Positions 12,681 to 24,926 are shown, counted from the stretch's first letter. The stretch: 64,000 nt of DNA from Hypanus sabinus (GCF_030144855.1 NC_082736.1:4464001-4528000), one strand, 5' to 3'. The notes: generated by a model from the letters alone, not told the origin. Translations and numbers: made by a program.

Positions 12681-14679
12681 ACATAGATCCTTGTCAAATT
12701 CCCAGCAATCTGCTCACTTGCTTCTTTCACTATTGTAGGATATATGCATTCAGTTCTTGGAGTCTTATCCATCTTATTGCTTTTCAGATGTCCCAGCACA
12801 GCCTCCTCCTCAATCTCAACATGTCTCTGCATATTAGCATGTCTCGCACTGTTTTCATTGACATTCAATTCCTTCTCCTCGGTCAATATTGACACAACGG
12901 ACTCATTTAGTACCTCAGCCACTTGGTCTGACTTCAACCACATCATTCCTCCTTTAATCTTGAGTGGACCTTTCCAGTCTCTGGTTATCCCTGTTTAACT
13001 AATATAAATCAAAAGGCCTTGGGATTATCTTTGATCCCACTCCACGAGGACGGTTTGAGGCCCCATTTGTTGGCCTTTCCTATCACCAGCTTTCGCATTT
13101 CCCCGCTATCTTTATATTCCAAAGATACCCAGTCTGATTTTAGCTTCATAAACCTTCCATATCCTTCTGACTAAATTCAGGATCTCTCCATTCATCCAAA
13201 GTTCCCTTACCTTACCGTCCTTGTCCTTACTCCTTACAGGAACATGCTGATCCTGAACGCTGAGCTGCTGGTCTTTAAACAACTCCCACATGTCAGGTGT
13301 CGACTTGTCTGACAGTGGCTGCTCCCAATCAATGCCCCTTGGCTTCTGTCTTACTCATAATTAACGAACAAAATAAATTGTGATCGTCAGCTGTACTGGC
13401 TCGTTTCCCTAAACTAATTCCCGTCTGTTCTCGCCTCTGGTGGGGCTCTGTACATAATGTTTCAAACACTCCTCGGAATCGCTGAAGAAATCTTGAGCAT
13501 CTCAGCATTGAACAAGAACCAGTCAATTCGAGGGAAGATAAAGCCCCCACTATGACAGTTCTGTTCTGCACCTCTCCCTAAACATAAACCTCTGTGTTCC
13601 TCCACCTCCCGGTGGTTATTGGGGGCCAATACTATAATCCAGTCCGTGTGACTGTAGATTGCCTCTGTAAGTGAGCCCCCCCAGTTTGCTGTGACATTCC
13701 CAGTGGGGTAACCTCTGCATCTTATAACCCCCCTCCCCCCCCACTCACATGTAAAACAATGAAACCTAGAGATGTTGAGCTGCCAGCCCTGAACGTCCGA
13801 CAACATAATACTCCTAATGTTGAAATAAACTTATTTCAGCCCACCAATCCCACCATGTTTATTGGCCTGACGTTGGCTCTCGTTCTTTTCAGACTGTCTT
13901 GTCATACATACATTCTCCCACTTGCTACTAGAGTTCAAACTCCGCCAAGTAACACAATCAAACCTCCTGGTGAGGATATTGGTTCCCCTCTGGTCCAGAT
14001 GGAAATGGTCTTGTTTGTCCCGGTCTCCCACCTGACTGGAAGGGAGCCCATTGATCCATGAATCTGAAGACTTCCCTCCTGCATCAGTTCCAGCAGCAAT
14101 TGTTTCCTCACCACACCAGCACAAGGTTTGGGCCACAATTCGATAATTACAATCCTGGAAATCCTGCTTTTTAACCTATTACCCGAAAATCACTGTGTAG
14201 GACCTCATACCTGCTCGGTTAAACCCTTACGTGTAGCACGAAGAAAGCTCCCGTAAACATATTGGCTCCCCTCCTTGGACCCGTCTCACCTTTCCCTCAG
14301 GACCTCAATGATCCTCGTACCTAAAGCCCTCACCCACCTCACACCAGCTCCTCAGCCACCACTTTACCTGGGCTTTAGAAGGCACCAAAGCGAGGTCTGT
14401 GTATCCTTATATCTGCCGATGTATCCTGTTCCTTTATGTGACCGGACTTTCATTTCCCTCGTGACCCAGGGGAACAATTGTTCTGATGAATTAACCCTCT
14501 CATCACTGGATGTGACTGCACCCTCGCCCACCAACTGCTGTGTGTCAGGACGCTTGCACTGGTCCTGGGGCCGGGGAGGGACAGACTGAGGTCCTCGGGG
14601 ATTTGCGGAATGGAAAAGCACTTCCTATAATTTAAAGCAGGAGAATCAGCAAATTTCCAGAAATCCTCCAGTCTGTTCG

Positions 14680-15020
14680 TGTTGCATGCCATCTTGGACA
14701 ATGTCTCCCATCCACTCCATAATGTACTGGTTAGGCACAGGAATACATTCAGCCAGAGACTCATTCCACCGAGATGCAACACTGAGCGTCATAGGAAGTC
14801 GCTCCTGCCTGTGGCCATCAAACTTTACAACTCCTCCCTCGGAGTGTCAGACAACCTGCGCCAATAGGCTGGTCCTGGACTTATTTCCACTTGGCATAAT
14901 TTACTTATTATTATTGAATTATTTATGGTTTTATATTGCTATATTTCTACACTATTGGCTGGTGCGACTGTAACGAAACCCAATTTCCCCCGGGATCAAT
15001 AAAGTATGTCTCCCTGTCTG
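14680..15020 (+). mobile_element. Rex1/Babar 3' end
   Basis: Near-identical to the reverse complement of 6430-6712 plus 9191-9255; ends in AATAAAGTATGTC. Confidence 0.85.
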
Positions 15021-15023
15021 GCT

Positions 15024-15434
15024 AGAGTGGATGTGGAGGGGATGTTTCCTACAGTGGGGGAGTCTAGGACCAGAGGACACAGATAGAGTGGATGTGGGGA
15101 GGATGTTTCCTACAGTGGGGAAGTCTAGGATCAGAGGACACAGATAGAGTGGATGTGGAGAGGATGTTTCCTATAGTGGGGGAGTCTAGGACCAGAGGAC
15201 ACAGATAGAGTGGATGTGGAGAGTATGTTTCCCATAGTGGGGGAGTCTAGGACCAGAGGACACAGATAGAGTGAATGTGGAGAGGATGTTTCCTATAGTC
15301 AGGACCAGAGGACACAGATAGAGTGGATCTGGAGTGGATATTTCCTATAGTGGGGGAGTCTAGGATCACAGATAGAGTGGATGTGGAGAGGATGTTTCCT
15401 ATAGTGGGGGAGTCTCGGACCAGAGGACACAGAT
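15024..15434 (+). repeat. 61-bp tandem repeat, about 7 copies, CR1-derived
   Basis: Units start at 15024, 15085, 15146, 15207, 15268, 15320 and 15374. The unit matches CR1 sequence at about 30962-31017. Confidence 0.92.
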
Positions 15435-15574
15435 CGAGAAAGAGCGCTTTCTGCTGGAAATTAGCGGGTGTGGTAAAGTGAAGGCGGAGCTGGACGATGA
15501 GAGGCCGCTCTCGGCTCTGTCCGTCACACTGACTCTGTCTCCTCCCCTCCCCGCCTCTGTCTCTCTGCGCGTTT

Positions 15575-15604
15575 CTCAGGCAGGTCGGGGCGCTGTGTAT
15601 AAAA
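15575..15604 (+). promoter_or_regulatory. H4 proximal promoter (CAGGTC element and TATA box)
   Basis: TATAAAA at 15598-15604, preceded by CAGGTCGGGG, which resembles the H4 subtype element. Confidence 0.75.
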
Positions 15605-15649
15605 GGAGACATCAGCAGTCGGTTTGTCACTGAGCAGCGACCCTAGTGA

Positions 15650-15970
<321 letters not shown>

Positions 15971-16003
15971 AAAACTCCCACTTCCTCCCGAGAACAACAC
16001 AAA

Positions 16004-16046
16004 GGCTCTTCTAAGAGCCACCCACCGCCTCACAGAGGGAGCCGTG
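16004..16046 (+). terminator. H4 histone 3' stem-loop and HDE
   Basis: GGCTCT-TCTA-AGAGCC at 16004-16019, then ACCCA, then purine-rich CAGAGGGAGCCG. Confidence 0.93.
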
Positions 16047-16366
16047 TCCACAACCTTTTAATTATTTTTATCGATATATTTGGCTGAGCTACTTTTGAAA
16101 CAGATTAATCATTCCGCTTGAAATATATATAGCTGCGATTGTGCCTTTCCAGGCGGTGATTACCGTAAATGCTGGATGCATTTATATCGATCTTAATCAT
16201 TCCGTCCATCTCGGACAGAAATCAGTTAAGTCGTTTTGAGAGTCGATTCCGTAATCATGCATTCAAATCTTAACTGAGGGAATTAGATATTAAATGAAAC
16301 TGAAAATACATGATCCGTGATAGAATTAATTGTAAATAATAAGTTATCAGGCTGGGTGCTCTGAAA

Positions 16367-16585
16367 TTGGCGGGCGGTTCGAAATTAATCGGGCGCCAAT
16401 CACACTGCATTCCGATTGGATGAAGTCCGACCGCCAATTAACAATTTCCCATTTTGTCGCAAATTGTTATTCGTCGCCAGCCTGCATGAAATCAATAAAC
16501 CAATCGCAGCAAGGAGATCCTTTAACAGACAGTTGGTGCACAGCCAGTCATAAGCGGTGGGACGGCCCTTCCCAGCCGTATAAAA
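16367..16585 (+). promoter_or_regulatory. H3 promoter (E2F/CDE-CHR-like element, CCAAT boxes, TATA)
   Basis: GGCGG-N4-TTCGAA at 16369-16383. CCAAT at 16396, 16434 and 16500, ATTGG at about 16415, TATAAAA at 16579-16585. Confidence 0.75.
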
Positions 16586-16649
16586 GCCTGTGCTGGAGCC
16601 CGTTTCGTCTATCTTGTTCCTGTATTTCAGCCTGTGTCCTCACTCCTGA

Positions 16650-17066
<417 letters not shown>

Positions 17067-17095
17067 GCCCAGCCTACACTCCGAACACCAGAAAA

Positions 17096-17137
17096 GGCTC
17101 TTTTAAGAGCCACTACCACGGCAAAGGAAAGGGCTGT
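17096..17137 (+). terminator. H3 histone 3' stem-loop and HDE
   Basis: GGCTCT-TTTA-AGAGCC at 17096-17111; AAAGGGCTGT downstream. Confidence 0.93.
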
Positions 17138-17874
17138 AGCTTGCTCATCATTATTGTAGTAGCGACCTGTCCTGCTGATCGATTTTGCACTAATTGCCCC
17201 GTGCTCCCAGGGTAGTTTAGCGAGGGACAGGAGATGAACGCGCTCACTTCCTGTCAGGGTCTCATCTGGCCCTTCACTTCTCCCACAAACCTGTCGTGTA
17301 CAGCTGGTGCGGCTGTTACCGTTTTGTTTGCTTTGGACATGGGGATACGTTCGTGCCCGCTGTGCTTGGAGTGAAGCATGCCGACGCGAGGGCTAACAGT
17401 GGGGGAATTCAGGGGGCGGTGACCGCCAGGAAATAGTGATTTTTAAGATTAGATTTCGCTCTTGTACATTTTTTATATTGGTGTTTTGTGTAAATTAACA
17501 ATGTAGTTTTGTAGCTGGGGCCTGCATGAAGGTCAGTCGGCAATGCCACCGGGTAGTTTATCATATAGCCTCCCGCTGCAGTCCGTCCCAGAGACGGATC
17601 CCTCTCTCAACACGCCCCCTCCCCTCTCGCGTAGGTTTCAGCAGTTCCCAATCAACTCAGCTGAATCTCCGCCGGTGTCTATGTCTCAGTCACTCTCTCC
17701 CAGATCGGAGAAGGAATTGGGCCTGAAACTGCCCACATCCCTTATCTCTCAATCTCAGCTCGGGCATCCGTGTCTCATTTCAGACACCGCACCAAATGTC
17801 AGAGGTACCGGCAATCTCGGGTTCCATTGAGAAGTTCTCAATCGGACCCGGCGCGGGAATCACAACACTCCGAA

Positions 17875-17914
17875 TCAGCTCTTTTCTGAGATGTGGGTGG
17901 CTCTGAGAAGAGCC
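17875..17914 (-). terminator. H1 histone 3' stem-loop and HDE
   Basis: On the minus strand, GGCTCT-TCTC-AGAGCC (17914-17899), then ACCCA, then AGAAAAGAGCTGA. Confidence 0.93.
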
Positions 17915-17951
17915 GTTGGGTTCAGATACACACAAATGGTGGATTCTCAAT

Positions 17952-18629
17952 TCACTTTTTGACTGCTGTCTTCTTGGGTTTCGCGGATTTCGACTTCGGC
18001 TTCTTGGCCGCCTTCGTGTTCGGGGCTGCGGCTTTCTTGGGGCTCTTGGGCTTCGGCGCCGCTTTCTTAGCCGCGGGTTTCTTTGCTGCCGCTTTCTTAG
18101 CCGCGGGTTTCTTTGCTCCCGCTTTTTTAGCCGCTGGTTTCTTTGCTGCCGCTTTTTTAGCCGCTGGTTTCTTTGCTGCCGCTTTCTTAGCCGCTGGTTT
18201 CTTACCTCCCCCTTTTTTAGCCGCTGGTTTCTTGGCGCCAAGCTTCTTGCTGGGAGATTTCTTTGCCGCTGGCTTGTTCGCTTTCTTCACCACCTTCACG
18301 GCAGTTTTCCCTTTACCGGATTTAAAGGATCCCGAAATACCCGAGCCCTTGGCCTGAACCAAGGAGCCGCTTTCCACTTTCCTCTTGATGCTCATTTTGA
18401 CCTGGTGGCGACGTTTCGCCACATCGACACCGCTGTCGGCCAGAGCCTTCATGATGGCCACACCGGACATACCCTTCCTATCCTGACAACCCGCCACGAT
18501 CTTATCGATCTGTTCGCCCAGCGAGGGACCGGTTGGTTTGCTCCGGACAGCCGCCTTCTTCTTGGGAGTCTTCTTTGCGGCGGCGGGTGCGGCTGGAGGA
18601 GCCGTTTCGGCGGGTGCTGTCTCAGTCAT
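17952..18629 (-). CDS. H1: Linker histone H1
   Basis: 225 aa. MTETAPA N-terminus, globular domain ending KGSGISGSFK, Lys/Ala/Pro-rich tail, 3' stem-loop present. Confidence 0.95.
   Translation of the reverse strand: MTETAPAETAPPAAPAAAKKTPKKKAAVRSKPTGPSLGEQIDKIVAGCQDRKGMSGVAIMKALADSGVDVAKRRHQVKMSIKRKVESGSLVQAKGSGISGSFKSGKGKTAVKVVKKANKPAAKKSPSKKLGAKKPAAKKGGGKKPAAKKAAAKKPAAKKAAAKKPAAKKAGAKKPAAKKAAAKKPAAKKAAPKPKSPKKAAAPNTKAAKKPKSKSAKPKKTAVKK
18061..18232 (-). repeat. Coding 30-bp tandem repeat (KKPAAKKAAA, about 6 copies) in the H1 tail
   Basis: GCTTTCTTAGCCGCKGGTTTCTTTGCTGCC recurs every 30 nt. Confidence 0.9.
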
Positions 18630-18703
18630 GTCGGCGACTCTGGTAAATCCTTCTCACAATCAGAACTGAATGAGAAATGAAGCGAAAGGCGGCGGCACAG
18701 AGC

Positions 18704-18777
18704 AATTTAAAGGCAGCGAGCGGACGGGGCGGAGACATCCTGCTGGCAGCTCCCGGCGGCTTCATTTTTCTGTGTTT
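18704..18777 (-). promoter_or_regulatory. H1 promoter (AC box, GC box, TATA-like)
   Basis: H1-specific AC box AAACACA at 18777-18771, GGGGCGG at about 18726-18732, TTTAAA at about 18706-18711. Confidence 0.75.
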
Positions 18778-19194
18778 CTCTCTCCTCAAAAACTCGCCGA
18801 TTCCAATTCAAATCGGACGCTGCGGAAACTCGGACTAGTCCCTGTCCGTCCCTGAGGCCGGAATGTTCGCTGGAAAGAAAGTTTAATCGGGATTAAAGAC
18901 AGCGCTTTCTATTTTAACCCGTTTCATTACTGCATTGCCCGCGTTCTCTCCTGATCGTTGACCTGTTCTCTGTTTTATGGCTGAATTATTTAATTGAATT
19001 AAAACTTTGCGGTTAATTCCCTCTTCGGGACTGAGCTGGGGAGTGGGGCGCTTCCGTAACAGAAAAATCTTTTCATTTTCTACAGGAGGCGCTGAGAAAT
19101 CCTACGATGTGTTAGGACTCACAAACACAGTGACACTGGTCTAAGCCGCCCGCTCCTTTAACTCACTCTCTCTGACACAATACACACTCACTGC

Positions 19195-19350
19195 TGACGG
19201 AAATCAGCAACTCAGGCAGCATCAATGGTGGGAATAAACAGCCGACATTTCGGGCTGAGACCCTTCCTCAGGACTCTGGTGGGAGATGCTGCCGGACTTG
19301 CTGGGTTCCTCCAGCATTTTGTCCGCGTTGTTCGCGATTCCCAGAATCTC
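19195..19350. mobile_element. Penelope-derived terminal repeat in inverted arrangement
   Basis: CAGGCAGCATC...GATGCTGCCGG inverted arms around a hammerhead motif. Confidence 0.65.
19240..19275 (-). ncRNA. Minimal (Penelope-type) hammerhead ribozyme motif
   Basis: Minus strand reads AGUC-CUGAGGA-A-GGG(UCUCAG)CCC-GAAA-U-GUC-GGCU. Confidence 0.55.
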
Positions 19351-21479
19351 TTGGCGTTATGCTGACACAATGTTCACATCTGCACCTTCATCGCATTGTA
19401 CTGCCGTCAAAATAAAATGACAGATTCCTTGTCATATAACACGGTGATAAATGATTCTGGTTCCAAGGAATAAAGGACAACGGACGTTGTCTGACCAACC
19501 TCTGTATTCCATAGACACTCTCTCTGCAATACTCTCCAAGGAACGAGAATTTACTGTGCCGGTCCTTTCCTGGTTGGACTTCTCAAAATGCAGGAGCTCA
19601 CACTTGTCCACATCAACATTCTTTGGCCGACTTCCCCAGGTCATCTCAATCCCGTTGTGCTCTCAAAGAATCTTCACTGCCCACTCTACCAACAACAAAG
19701 CACTGTGTAACTAACACTAGAATCCCCTAACTGAAGGGAATGGAGATGCTGGATGACCAAAAAGATTTAAAGAGAACGAGGATAACTGTTTGTAAAATCA
19801 GGGAAGTGGGATCGACATACAGGAGGAGTCTGATGGCAGATCAGCCTTTACATGGAATTGTGGGTGAGGGACTAAGAGAGAACACACTGGAGGCTTCATC
19901 CAGTGAGACAGTGTGAATAGAGCTCAGGATAAGAGAGGTGCATTCACTGATGGAGTTGTGCTACAGGCCTCCCAAATGCCAGCAGCAGGTAAAGAAACTG
20001 AAATGTAGCAGGGAATGAAAGATGCAAAGGCAACAGGGTTGTTGCAGAGGGCGACTAATTTCCCCAATGTTGACTGGGACTCCCTTAGACTCAAGGGCTT
20101 AGATATCACTGCATATGTTGGAAGAATACTGGGATGTTTTTTAACATAGAAGTGGATAGTCTAACCAGGGAAGGTGGTCATAGAAGACATTGTGTTGGGA
20201 AATGAGCCTGGCCATTGATAAAAGTTTCATTCAGGGAAAAGTAAATAAACACAAGACTGGACACAGTGGTTATGTGGTCAATCGGGATTATAGCGAAAGG
20301 CAACTGTGTTGGACAGGAACTGAAGAGAGCGGAATGTGATTTGTCCAACCATATTTGACATGTGACTCTCACAACACGCTGGAGGAACTCAGCGGGGGGG
20401 GGGGGGGGCAGCATACATGGAAACGGACAGTCAATGTTTCCGGCCAACACCCTGTGTTGTGCGTGTTGCTTTGACCTCAGCATCTGCAGAGTATTTTGTG
20501 TTTGACATGTGACTGTTTGTTAAAGGCAATCAGGTCAGAATTCAGACTGTTTCGATGTGTGGAGGAAAGACAAGGATGGTAAAGTCCGGCAGAAGGGCGT
20601 GGTAAGAGATGTTATGAATTCAGTCTGAAAGAAAAAGATAAAGAATGTTTCAGGTGTATAAATTGGAGATGGCCTCTGGCAATATGAAGCAAGCAACAGA
20701 GAAGATAAAAGTTTCAAACAGGGACAAGAAATGACTGTGGGGAGAAGGGGCACTATGGTGAGAGTACAACAACAAAAGGACAAAGGAGAGAGTTTATGTC
20801 TGAAGTGGACGAAGGACTGAACCAGTACTTCACATCACTATTCATCAATGTGGTCATAGAGGATAGTGAGATCAGAGAAGGGAATGCTGATATTCCAGGG
20901 CATGTTGTTCCTCAGGCCATAGAGTTAAACCAGTAAATTACTGACTGATGAGGCTTGGATCAATGCTCAGGAAATTGTTCCAGAATATTATTAGACATAC
21001 GATCTCTCATAAAAATTAGGCGTGTAAAAGGACGATATATCAAGAATTGGAAGGAAAAGCGAGTAAAATCCCCTGAGATTCTCTCGGTACATTCAGAGGA
21101 ATAGGGAATTTGGACAGAATTGTTCCGCTTGGAGATGAGGATGGCCATCTGTGTGTGGAAGTGAAGGAAATGGGAGAGACTTTCCATGAATGTTTCTGAC
21201 GTTTATTTCACCATTGAGAAAATTATGGAAAGTGATGGTGTTACCAAAATGGCAGGAATCAGCTGTGATTTCTTAGACCACATTCAAATTAGCAGGGATC
21301 TATATTGGAAGCCTTAAGATGCATTAAGGCTGTTGAATTTCCAGGGTCATATCAGGTACATTCTTATATTTTGTGAGAAGTTAGAGAATACACTGTGGAG
21401 GCCACGGGAGAAATTGTTGCTTCATCACAGGCACCATTTGAGGTTACACGTGATTGGAGAGTGATTAATGTGGAATTGA

Positions 21480-23225
21480 CAGTTTTGAGGATCGACAGTC
21501 TGTGGATAAATCAAAAATAGACAGAGAGGCAGGCAGTGTTATGGAAGCAAGGAGTCTGCAGTAGCACTTGGACAGATTTATAGAAAGGACAAAGAAGTGC
21601 CAGACAATATAGAGTGTAAGGAAGTGTGTGGCCATGTCCTCTGGGAGGAGGAATAAAGGCATGGACTCCATCTAATCAGGGAGAGAACAGAAATCAGATG
21701 TGTAAAGGGACTTTGGGGGTACCAGTGCAGGATTCCCTAAAGGTTAATGTGCACGTTTAGATGGTAGTAAGGAAGGCAAATGCAATATATGTATTCATTC
21801 CAAGAGAACTATAATATAAAAGCAAGCATCTAATGCTGCAGCTTTAGTCAGACCTTATTTGAAGTATCATGAGCAGGTTTGGGTCAATTTTCTAAGAAAG
21901 GCTGTGCTGACATTGCAGAGGCTGCAGGGGAAATTCACGAGAATGATCCCAAGTCTGAAAGAGTTAGGATATAACCATCATTTGATGATCTGGGCAGGTA
22001 CTCACTGGAGTCTAAAAGAATGAGGGAGCATCGTATAGAAACACATTGAATGTTGAAAGGCCTAAGTAGCGTTGATATGAGAGGATGTTTCCAATAATGG
22101 AAGAATCTAGAACCAGACTACACTCCCAATATATGATGCCCATCTAGAATAGAGATGAGTAATTTCTTTAGTCAGAAGGTGATCAATCGATGGGTTTCTT
22201 TGGCACGGGCGGCCATGAAGGCAGTCAATAGGTCTATTTAAATCAGATGTTAGTGTGATTTAATTATTATTAAGGGCATCAAAGTTTACGGTGTTATGAA
22301 TGTACCACAGCTCTGAGGGGCCGAAGGGTGCGGGGTAGCCCCCTCCTTTGTGAGAATCACAAGATCACTATTGATTTGGGGCAGGAGACCCAGGAAATGA
22401 GAGAGAGACGTACGGAATGTCTCGTTCCCCGGCGATATAAAGCTACGGGACACGGCCATTGTCTCTTGAAGACGAACTTGTATATTACAATACTGTGCTA
22501 CGTGGAAGCCCTCAGGCAAAGTGGGCTGGGTGAGGGAGGGATTGCATCACCCCAACCTGATTGACATCTGAGACCCTGTGAGTCAGGATAAAAGAGGGTC
22601 TGTGGGAACAGCCCCTTCAGACGCACCAGGAGAAACGCTAGCGATCCCGTAAAAGCAGAAGCCGTTGGGAGAAGGCCACGTGCGTTTGGTACCATTTTGC
22701 CCCGGAACCAGTGGCTTTTACCACGGAAGAACGGCTTTTAGCTAACAACAGGGAAACCAACTCCCAACGACTCGAAGGATTAACATCATAAAAGGATTGG
22801 GCAAGGTTCAAACCCATCTTTCTCTCAAACCAAAACACTGCAGCGTGAACGAACTAACCGTGACTTTTATATTTCCATCAGACAATACATTATCCCCTAG
22901 ACAACGATAGAGCTATTTCTTATTGATTATTATTATACCCGCGCATTTAGATTTAGTATTGATGACGTATATTATCTGTATGGTTGCATTGATATTATTT
23001 TGTGTATTTTTATCAATAAATACTGTTAAAAATAGTACCATCAGACTTCAACGGACCTCTCTATCTTTGCTGGTAAGTGACCTAGTTACGGGGTTCGTAA
23101 CAACGGGGAGAAGGCTGGAGAATGGGGTTGGGATGGATAATAAATCAGGCATGATGGAATGATGGAACAGACTGGATGAGCCAGAAGACCTAATCCTGCT
23201 CCAATGACTTTAGGTCTTTTGTTTT
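21480..23225 (+). mobile_element. Degenerate CR1 3' half interrupted by a solo LTR
   Basis: Decayed CR1 RT C-terminus and 3' UTR; AAAGTTTACGG resumes as GGAGAAGG across the LTR. Confidence 0.75.
22292..23102 (+). mobile_element. Solo LTR, 811 bp
   Basis: TGTTATGAA...TTCGTAACA termini, 4-bp TSD ACGG, GATAAAAG at about 22587, AATAAA at about 23015. Confidence 0.88.
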
Positions 23226-24530
23226 AATGCTGTGCCATTGTTTAAAAAGGGTACTGGAAACTAGTCAGGAAACTACAGGCAGGATATCAGTGTTGGGGAA
23301 TATACTGGAGGGGTTTCTGAGGAACAGGATCTACCAACATTTGGTCTGATTCAAGACAGTCAGCACAGCTTTGTGCAAGGGAAATCATGTCTCACAAATA
23401 TCTTGCAGCTCTTTCAGGAATTTCACAAGTGCGTAGATGAGGTTAGGGTTGTGAGTGTTGTCTATCTGGACATTAGCCAGACCTTTGACTCTGGTCTGGG
23501 AGGTTAGTTCTGAGAGATGGAATCCAAGGGAGATAATTGATTGGTTTCATAATTGCCTCAGTAACAGGAGGCAGAGGCTGGTGGTTGAGGGTTATACCTC
23601 AGACTGGAGGTCTCTGTCAAGTGGTTCCACTGCGCACCGGGACCTTTGTTGTTTGTAATTTATATAAACAATGTCCATGTGAATCATAGTTCACCGGAAG
23701 TGACACCTCAAGGAGATACAGTGGTGAAGTTGGTGTTGTTTGACCTGCTGTCCTTCATCATTCATGGCACAGAGTATAAGAGTTGAGAAGATACGTTGTA
23801 GATATACAAGTCTTTGGTGAGGACTGACTGGGGATACGGACTATCGTTTTGATCACCCTATTATAGCAAAGATGTTCCTAAACTAGAAAGAGTGCACGGA
23901 AAAAAATAAATCCCAGATGTTTGCTTAGACCTGGGGAGTCTGAGTTAGAAGGACAGGTTGTACAGACTAGTATTTTATTCCCTGGAGCAGAGCAGATTCA
24001 GAGGTGATCCCTGTAGAGGATCACAGACAGGGTAAAAACACATAGTTTTTTTCACAGGAAATGGCTGGTAAAAACAAGAAGGTAGGTGTTTCAGATCAGA
24101 CATAATGGGCAGAGTGTGGTATGTATTTTGAACAAACTGCCGGTGATTGTGGCAGACACATTAGAAACATTTTAAAATCTTGTGATCCAAGCTGGTTGCC
24201 ACATCTCAGGAATGACAGTTTCAGTTATAAGGTGAGGATGTAGAAACACAGATTGTTTACAAACTGTGTTTGTTCAATCTCCCTTTATTTCTGTTGTTTC
24301 AAAGGCCTAGCAGAGACCTTTAAAATAGATAAGGTGGACAAGAGTCTTTTACACAGGCAGCAAATGTCAAATACACAAGGGCAGAGCTTCAATTTAAAAG
24401 TGGGAGAGGGATTGGTTCAAATAGATTGAGCAGGTGAGTTTCTATTTTCCTCAGAGACTGATGGCTGCCAGGGAAAGGTTCAAGCTGATACACTGGTAAT
24501 GTTGAAGAGGTGTTTAGTCAGGCAGGAACA
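23225..24530 (+). mobile_element. Highly degenerate CR1 RT and 3' fragments
   Basis: Decayed NYR / QHSFVQGKSCLTN-type sequence. Confidence 0.6.
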
Positions 24531-24739
24531 GGCAGGGAATGGAGAAGCCCATTCCATCCCTTCTCATTCTTCCAAAGGGCAGCCAGTACAGACCGACCCC
24601 ATTTCAGTTCGGTCCCTGCCACCCCGCTGGGGGTGGGGGGGAAGGAAGCCTCAACGCCACCCCCGGGACCAGGGCGATCCCCCTCCCTCTCCCGCATCCG
24701 TTGCCGAGGAAACGAGTCACAGACAGAGTGCAACATGCA

Positions 24740-24926
24740 ACAACCGAGGGAATCTGCAGATGCTGGAAATCTGAACTACACACACAAAATGCTGGAGGAA
24801 CTCAGCAGGCCAGACAGCATGTATGGGAAAGCATGTATCGGGCTGAAGGGTCTCGGACCGGGTCTTCCACTGTACTTTTTTTTCCATAGACGCTGCCTGG
24901 CCTGCTGAGTCCTCCAGCATTTTGTG
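24740..24926. mobile_element. Penelope-derived inverted terminal repeat (hairpin)
   Basis: Arms 24783-24830 and 24881-24926 are near-perfect reverse complements. Confidence 0.75.

Larger units (their letters stand above)
6125..14160 (-). mobile_element. Host CR1 LINE (pieces at 6125-6410 and 12681-14160) split by nested insertions
   Basis: The joined flanks match the uninterrupted copy at 52425-53110. ORF 12557-12946 (VAEVLNE...MDKTP..IYP) is CR1 ORF2-like. Confidence 0.7.

Noticed and set aside
17780-18680. Overlapping and antisense ORFs over H1 (153, 154 and 254 aa)
   Set aside because: They are shadows of the repetitive H1 coding sequence.
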